Positions 56,281 to 64,000 of a stretch of DNA of 64,000 bases are shown here, one piece after another; positions within the stretch are counted from its first letter, which is position 1, and each line of letters starts with the position of its first letter. The stretch lies in the NCBI GenBank assembly GCA_951406725.2, contig OX597824.1, forward strand, positions 19,468,001 to 19,532,000, written 5' to 3'. This stretch comes from Octopus vulgaris (lineage: Eukaryota). The position numbers and the translations under genes are program-made. Under the pieces are notes generated by a model, which saw only the letters and a program-made list of their open reading frames with translations, was not told the DNA's origin and ran no database searches.

Positions 56281-56646
56281 TAAATAGTAAAAATAATTAC
56301 AGACATGGACAAGAACATGAAACGCCACAGAGACGACACAAGAACCACAGGACGGGACATTCGAAGCCCTCAGTCATCAGTCAAGAACCAGATCATCTTA
56401 GCAATTTCGGCTGATTAATCTTGAGATTGCTCCGATATGGCCAGCCCGCCACGGGAAATCTAAGCCAAGTGCATTAGATCCCTGAAGAAAGCTTCGAATG
56501 TATACAACACGAGGACGGAAAACGAACGAAGTACACGAACAAAAATACAGAATACGTGACAACAATAAGAATACAAAAACGTAAAACAATAACGGTAAAA
56601 ATAAGGTATAAAGAATAAACAACAAAACAAAACCAGGATATATATT

Positions 56647-56807
56647 CGATGGGCTTCTTCAGTTTCCGTCAACCAAATGAACTCACCAATCTTTGGTCGG
56701 CTCGAGGCTATATTAGAAGACACTTACCCAAGGTGCCACGCAGTGGAACTGAACCCAGAACCATATGGTTGTAAAAGCAAGCCCCTTACAACACAACTAC
56801 GCCTGCG

Positions 56808-56850
<43 letters not shown>

Positions 56851-57060
56851 TTTTATTCTTTTACTTGTTTCAGTCATTTGACTGCAGCCATGTTGGAACA
56901 CCGCCTTTAGTCGAGCAAATTAACCCCGGAGCTTATTCTTTGTAAGCTTAGTACTTATTCTATCGATGTCTTTTGCCGAACTGCTAAGTTACGTGGACGT
57001 AAACACACTAACATCGTTTGCCAAGCGATGGTGGGGGGGACACAAACACGCACACACACA
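56647..57060 (-). mobile_element. SINE B head half (56647-56808) and 3' half (56848-57060)
   Basis: Family blocks. Confidence 0.85.
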
Positions 57061-57065
57061 CACAC

Positions 57066-57670
57066 GTTTTAGCCCAAAGGCTGGGGCCATGCAGGAGCAC
57101 CGCCAGTGTAAGCACCCTTTCATTGGCCAATCTTGTGTGGTTGGCTTTTGATGAAGGAGGACGTTCGACACTGCTGCCCTCTTTTGAGTTTCCTCCCCTT
57201 GGTTCATCCGGAGCCTTGAATAGCAGGAAATCAATTCGTTTCTTAAAAGCATGTACCCCTAATCCACGAAGATCCCTCGGATATTTCGGCAAAGCGTTGA
57301 ATAGTTGTAGGCCCTTGAGTCCCAAGCTATTGTAAAACATGGACCTCACTCTAGAGGGAATAGTCGAGATCTTTGGAGCAACGCAGTGACGTCAAGTTCG
57401 GGAGCTGGTATAGCTCTCGATACCAAAGTTTGGTGCCAAACCCTCCAAGATCTTCTATAGATATATCACTGCGTACCTTTCCCGTCTTCGCTCCAGAGAG
57501 TAGAGTCGTAGCTCGTTCAGTCTCTCCCAGTAGCTCAGCTGTTTCATTGATGCAATCTTCCTGGTGTAGCACCGCTGGACTGCCTCAACTTCCGCTATTA
57601 TTCTGCCCCTGTTGGGTGACCACATTTGAGAGCAGCAGTTGAGACGGTTAAGTACAAATGTCCTTCATAA
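57066..57670 (-). mobile_element. 5'-truncated CR1-like LINE (RT C-terminus and 3' UTR)
   Basis: RLNCCSQMWSP..EVEAVQRCYTRKI..LSYWERLNELRLYSLERRRERY..IYL*KILEG; GLQLFNALPK..FKKRIDFLL..PDEP. Confidence 0.92.
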
Positions 57671-57673
57671 TGG

Positions 57674-57793
57674 ACATGGTTCCAAGTTTAGTCTCACCAG
57701 GTGGCACCTTGAAAACTGTCTTCTAACTGTAGCCTTCAGCGGACCAAAGCTTTGTGAGTGGATTTGGTAGACGGAAACTGAAAGAAGCCCGTC

Positions 57794-57827
<34 letters not shown>

Positions 57828-58010
57828 TTGTCTATTTGTGTATGTCTGTGTGTTTGTGTTTGTGCTTGACAAACGGTGATGGTGTGTTTACGTCCTTATA
57901 GCATAGCGTTTGTTTACAAAACAAAATTTTAAGTGCTGGGTTGAACTCATGCTTCAAGTCGGTGCCCCAGCATGACCGCAGACTAATTCCTGAAACAAGT
58001 AATAGATTAT
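57674..58010 (+). mobile_element. Diverged SINE B
   Basis: Family blocks. Confidence 0.8.
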
Positions 58011-58209
58011 ATTTTCACACACACACACATCATTGCATATACTCTCTCTCTCTCTCTCTCTCTCTCTGTTTCTGTCTCTTCTTCCTCCTCTTCCCCCCTC
58101 CATCTCCCTTCCTGTCTGTCTTTCCCTCTCTCTCTCCTTCCCCCTCTCTCTCTCTTAATCTGATTCGTTTCGTTTTTACTTTTATTGAGCCCTTTCGCTA
58201 ATTCTTTTG

Positions 58210-58714
58210 CACGCAAACACACACGCACACACACACACACATACGCACAAACACACACGCTCTCAGATACACTCTCACACACACTCTTTACACACACACA
58301 CTCACGCTCTCACACACACGCTCTCACACACACAAATACACACACACACACACTCAAAACACACACGCAAACACACTGAAAACAGACACACACAAACATA
58401 CACGCTCACTCAAAACACACAAACACAGACACTTAAAACACACACACTCGCGCACACACAAACACACTCAAAGCACACACACAAGCAAACACACGCACTC
58501 ACACACACACACACATACACACACACACACGCACACACACACACACACACTCAAAACACACACGCACACACACTCAAAACACACACACAAGTAAACACAC
58601 TCAAAACACACAAACACACACACACACACAAACACTCTCAAAACACACAAACACACACACGCACACACGCTCAGAACACACCAACATACACACACACAAA
58701 CACTCTCAAAACAC

Positions 58715-58756
<42 letters not shown>

Positions 58757-58852
58757 AAAACACACAAACACACACATACACACACACTCTCAAAACACAC
58801 AAACACACACACGCACAAACACACACACAAACACACACACACACACACACAC
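58210..58852. repeat. (CA)n field with recurring ctcaaaa interruptions
   Basis: Directly visible. Confidence 0.93.
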
Positions 58853-59301
58853 ATCATTTCCTGTATAACCACGAAATCTTTGCCAATATGCGTTATTGAC
58901 TACAGCAGCTCATTCCAGTAAGTTAATTTTGAGTTTTATCTTCGATATTATTTTCGCCAAGTTGAGCATCTTGGCTGAAAACAGCTTCCATTTTTCCCCT
59001 CTTTTCTTTCAAATCTGTCCTGTTTGTTTACGCAGCAAATAGTACTCGCTTGTATGTATATTTGACATAGTGTCTACTTTATGTACACACATTCGGCTCT
59101 TGTTTGTGTTTATGATATTTATAAACGATGGAGAACATTTATGATTCCTTTTGTACCGTCCGCTGACAAGGAAAAATAGAAAAAAACAAACAAAAACCAA
59201 AAAAAGACAACGCGTGATTATAGGACTTCAATGGAAATTCCGACTGCCAGAGAGAGACATTATGCGTCCGAAAGTGAAATATAGTATGTATGTAGATATA
59301 T

Positions 59302-59381
<80 letters not shown>

Positions 59382-59508
59382 GTATGGATGTATGTGTGTG
59401 TATGTATGTACACATATATGTGTGTGTGTATGTATATATATATATATATGTATGTATATAGGTATATATATATGCATGTACACACATATATATATTTGTG
59501 TGTGTACG

Positions 59509-59540
<32 letters not shown>

Positions 59541-59542
59541 AC

Positions 59543-59581
<39 letters not shown>

Positions 59582-59584
<3 letters not shown>

Positions 59585-59659
59585 TATAGCCTCCGGCCGA
59601 CCAAAGCCTTGTGAATGGATTTGGTAGACGGAAACTGAAAGAAGCCCGTCGTATATATG

Positions 59660-59694
<35 letters not shown>

Positions 59695-59910
59695 GTTTGT
59701 GTGTCTGTGTTTGTCCCTCCAACATCACTTGACAACCGATGCTGGTGTGTTTACATCCCCGTAAATCAGCGATTCGGCAAAACTGTCCGATAGAATAAGT
59801 ACTGGGCTTACAAAGAATAAGTCCTGGGGTCGTTTTGCTCGACTAAAGGCGGTGCTCCAGCTTGGCCGCAGTCAAATGACTGAAACAAGTAAAAGAGTAA
59901 AGAGTAAAGA
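59582..59910 (+). mobile_element. 5'-truncated SINE B
   Basis: Family blocks. Confidence 0.9.
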
Positions 59911-59915
59911 GATTC

Positions 59916-59974
<59 letters not shown>

Positions 59975-60189
59975 TGTTTATATATTTGCATTTAAATACA
60001 CACACACACACACATAATTTTTTGTGTATGCATGAATGTATACACGCACACACACACACACACACATACGTGTATATATATATATATATGCAAACATATA
60101 TCTCTATATGAAAGAGAGAAAGAAAAAGAAGAGTGACAGTGTTTGTGTGTGAGAGCAACATAGATACAGAGAGACAGAGATATAGTCAC

Positions 60190-60267
60190 GCAGTTTGTGA
60201 ATAGCCAGTTCAGTTGTTGATTTGCAATCGTAGCCAGTGAGGTCAGTCTAGCTTGCTTCGCAGCCAT
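60190..60267 (-). CDS. Speculative first coding exon MAAKQARLTSLATIANQQLNWLFTNC
   Basis: aagATGG start context, 78 nt to a weak GTGACT donor, phase 0; unique island. Confidence 0.2.
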
Positions 60268-60723
60268 CTTGGGGGTAACCTGGCTTAGTTCTTGTTTCTT
60301 TTTCTTTTCTCCTAAGCAAAATGTAATCTAATTCACAAACCTCAAGTATCTTTTACATACGTACACACACACGTATGTGTGTTGTGTGAGTGTGTGTGTG
60401 TGTGTGTGGGTGTGTGGCGGGGAGGGCTGTTGTGGGGGTGAGGGTTACGTGTTGGTGGAGGGTCAGATTAGCCGGGCAATACCGAGAGAGATAGGAAGAA
60501 ATGAGGTGTGTGCATGTGAGACAGAGTGAGAGAGAGAGGGAGAGAGAGAGAGAGAGAGGGGGGGAGTGATAGACTTAGCTAAAATGGCTGGAGAATATTA
60601 TGAGCGGGAGTAAAATGATGTACCGTGGTAAGAGATATGAAAGTTTTGTTAGCATTTTGGTCCCGAATACTCATCAAATATATATATATATATATATATA
60701 TGAATATATATGTGTATGTATGC

Positions 60724-60769
<46 letters not shown>

Positions 60770-60894
60770 GAGAATACAGTGCACATTCAAACACATAAGA
60801 GATAACCAAAAAATAGGATATCTGACTCACTAGAAAGAGCAGTTAAAACTCCAACCACTAATTGTTGCAATTTACATATATATATATATATATG

Positions 60895-60926
<32 letters not shown>

Positions 60927-61000
60927 TGTATGTATGTATGTATGTATGCATGTATGTATGTATGTATATATATATATGTGTGTGTGTGTGTACATGTGTT

Positions 61001-61033
<33 letters not shown>

Positions 61034-61106
61034 ACATATGTATATATATATATATTTATATACGCACGTATATGCATGCAATTATTTGGGTGTTTGTGTG
61101 TGTACG

Positions 61107-61146
<40 letters not shown>

Positions 61147-61314
61147 CACACACGTATATGAAAGCACTCAGAGATACATATACCCCCCCACACACACACC
61201 CCCCCACACACACACAGATGTTTGTGTATGTGTATGTACGTGTGTGCGTATTAATATGTATATTATGTACGTGTGTGTGTGTGTGTGTGCGTAGTGCGTG
61301 CGCGTGCACGCGCG

Positions 61315-61350
<36 letters not shown>

Positions 61351-61608
61351 GGTGTGGATGTGGGTGCGCAGACTGATAAAATTTAACCTCAGGGCTATCT
61401 CACTAACACTCTCCCTTCCCCCCCCTCACCTCACTGCCCCCACCACTCCACCCCTCTTTGTCTTCTATCGAGACGGACATTATTTCTGCCCCCACCCCAG
61501 ACCACCACCACCACCACCATAACCACCAATACTACTACTACTACTACTACTACAACTATTACCGCTACTACTACTGTTGCATTGTGACAAAATTTTGGGG
61601 GATTTCTC

Positions 61609-61636
61609 TCTGTGTGTGTATGTGTGTGTGTATGTG

Positions 61637-61688
<52 letters not shown>

Positions 61689-61749
61689 TGTGTGTTTGTG
61701 TGTGTGTATTTGTGTGTGTGTATGTGTGTGTTTGTGTGTTTGTGTGTTT

Positions 61750-61787
<38 letters not shown>

Positions 61788-61950
61788 TTGTGTGTGTGTA
61801 TGTGTGCGCGCGTGTTTGTGTGTGTATGTGTGTATGTGTGTGTGTTTGTGTGTGTGTATTTGTGTGTGTATGTGTGTATGTGTGTGTGTTTGTGTGTGTG
61901 TATTTGTGTGTGTCTCTGTATGTGTGTGTGTGTTTGTGTGTGAGTGTGTG
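61609..61950. repeat. Degenerate (TG)n field
   Basis: Directly visible. Confidence 0.95.
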
Positions 61951-62237
61951 GCTTAAGGACAGGTGCTCGTGGTTAATGTATTTCCTCCAAGCGGTTGTTG
62001 TTGTTGGTTTTGTTGTCCTTGCTGCTATTGTTGTACTTACTGCTGCTGTTGACACACGCTGTTGCTGCTGCTGCTGTTGCTGCTGTCATTGCTGCTGCGG
62101 CTGCCGCTGCTGCTGTTGTCACTTGTTATCATTGTTGATATCGCTGTTGTTATTGTTAATCTCGCTGCTGCTACCGCCACCACTGTTTTTGCTACTGCTG
62201 CTCTTGATTTTTTTTTGTTGTTGTTGTTCTTTTTGTT

Positions 62238-62272
<35 letters not shown>

Positions 62273-62449
62273 CGTTACTCTTATCACGATGGTGTTCTTG
62301 TAATCGTTGTTGGTGTAGATGTCGCTACTTGCTGTTTACGTTTTTATTACGAGACCCGTCCACCCCAAATCCTGCGCTTCGCCCCTCTCCTCGCCCCGCA
62401 CACACACACACAGTTCGATGATGGTCAACGCATAACTGCTCTCAATCCA

Positions 62450-62822
62450 CAGACTGCGGCCATGCTGGGGCAACACCTTGAAGAATTTTCAGTCGAATGG
62501 ATTGACGCCCAGTACTTCCTTCCTTCTTTGAGGATTGATACTTCGTTCTCCATTGCCGAACCGCTAAGTTATGAGAACGTAAACACGCCAACACCGGTTG
62601 TCAAGCGGTGGTGGGGGACACAAACGTACGCACACACACACACACACACACACACAGGCGCAGGTTTGGTTGTGTGGTTACAAGCTTGTTTCCCAACCAC
62701 ATAGTTCCGGGTTCAGTTCCACTGCATGGCACCTTGGGCAAGTATATTTTGCTGTAGCCTCGGGTCAAACAAAGTTTCGTAACTGGATTTGCTAGATGGA
62801 AACTGGAAGAAACCCGTCGTAT
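62450..62822. mobile_element. Diverged SINE B fragments (- 3' half, then + head)
   Basis: Family blocks. Confidence 0.8.
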
Positions 62823-63201
62823 ATATATATATATAGTTAAAATTTACAGAAAAACAAAAGGCGAAGTCAGGTGTATGAACAATAAGCAGGTGTATTAGAT
62901 TGCTTCTTCTTCTTCCCTACCAAGAATTCACAACGACCTCGAACCCACAAGAGTAAACAAGAGAGGCAGAGACAGGCAGAAACAAGGAAAATGCCACTTG
63001 TATTTGAACACTATACAAATATTCTTTTAAAAAACTTTTCTTTTAATTTTTCCAAAATTTAATTGTTTTCCATACTTACAGATGAAAAAGTCTCAATGAC
63101 TGAAACCGGTACTGAAATGTTTTTTTATAAAATTATTTTAGCATTTTCTATCTTTACTTTTTCCCCACATATATCAACTCGTGTGTTCCTTTTCAACTTT
63201 C

Positions 63202-63268
<67 letters not shown>

Positions 63269-63339
63269 CAATTTTTTGCGTAATGAGATAAAAAAAAAAA
63301 CCAAGGCTGTTTAGATATTAGAACATTTATAGATAGAAT

Positions 63340-63391
63340 GTCTTACAGCTGTTTCCAGGATATTTATTAAATATATCTCTTCATCGGAGAC
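63340..63391 (-). ncRNA. Minimal type-I hammerhead motif, core variant CCGATGA
   Basis: GTCT CCGATGA AGA GATAT ATTTAATAA ATATC CTG GAAA C AGCT G TA AGAC; palindromic stem III, GUA site. Confidence 0.68.
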
Positions 63392-63554
63392 GGTGTGAGA
63401 GGCTGGTTAAGTCATAGTTAGTTTAGATAGGATACAAAATAGAAAGTGAGGTGGAGGAAAGAAAATAGATGTAGGATATGTAGGGATATTGAAGTTGTAG
63501 ATCCATTTTTTTAGGTAGAATGGGAAATATGTAAGATTCCAATACCTTATGAGT

Positions 63555-63701
63555 AAAGTCCAACAGAATTTAAAACGGTTCCTTCCAAATATAGAGTTTA
63601 TGCACAATGTAAGATTCCACATATATATATATATATATGGAATCTTACATTATGTATAAACTCTATATTTGGAAGGACCCATTTTAAATTCTGTTGGATT
63701 T
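63555..63701. repeat. ~65-bp inverted repeat around a (TA)n loop
   Basis: aaagtccaacagaatttaaaa...aagattcca / tggaatctt...ttttaaattctgttggattt. Confidence 0.88.
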
Positions 63702-63708
63702 CCAGATG

Positions 63709-63748
<40 letters not shown>

Positions 63749-64000
63749 CTATTATCAGTATCACAGCCGACCCACCAACTATCCACGAACGCTCTGCTTT
63801 AAATACCCGCTAAGTTTAGCAGTGTAACACTATTGTATAGACTAATTTACATATTAAACACATTCCTAGCAACTGGTGTGTGAATGTTTATTCCTGGCAA
63901 GGACATGTGTGTTTGGTTGTGCAACTGTAATATACCGCCAAGAATAATTAAAGATTCACAAATCAATACTGTCTTTTACTTTTGTGTGAAATGTGTGATG

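Noticed and set aside
61577-62704. 375-aa Cys/Val/Leu-rich ORF
   Set aside because: Composed of (TG)n, (TGC/TGT)n and SINE sequence.

Overview
Animal genomic DNA, most likely an octopus (inferred from the tRNA-derived SINE families and extreme microsatellite load; not verified by search). Nearly all listed ORFs are microsatellite translation artefacts. The window reads as intronic/intergenic DNA containing: more than 40 copies or fragments of four tRNA-derived SINE families (my labels A-D); three 3' LINE fragments (two RTE, one CR1-like) and a probable RTE 5' UTR; four mariner relics, one a 5'-5' fold-back element carrying a nested RTE with a 15-bp TSD; a decayed tRNA-Asp(GTC); and a few candidate exons of an unidentified minus-strand gene. 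The most interesting signal is a dispersed set of about 13 minimal type-I hammerhead ribozyme motifs (CUGANGA...GAAA...NUH, with stem covariation). They sit in short, often self-inverted cassettes inserted in (TA)n tracts, and one lies directly downstream of a Penelope-like GIY-YIG remnant. Two SINE families also share 3' ends with LINE-like elements present in the same window. Coordinates were counted by hand and may be off by a few bases.
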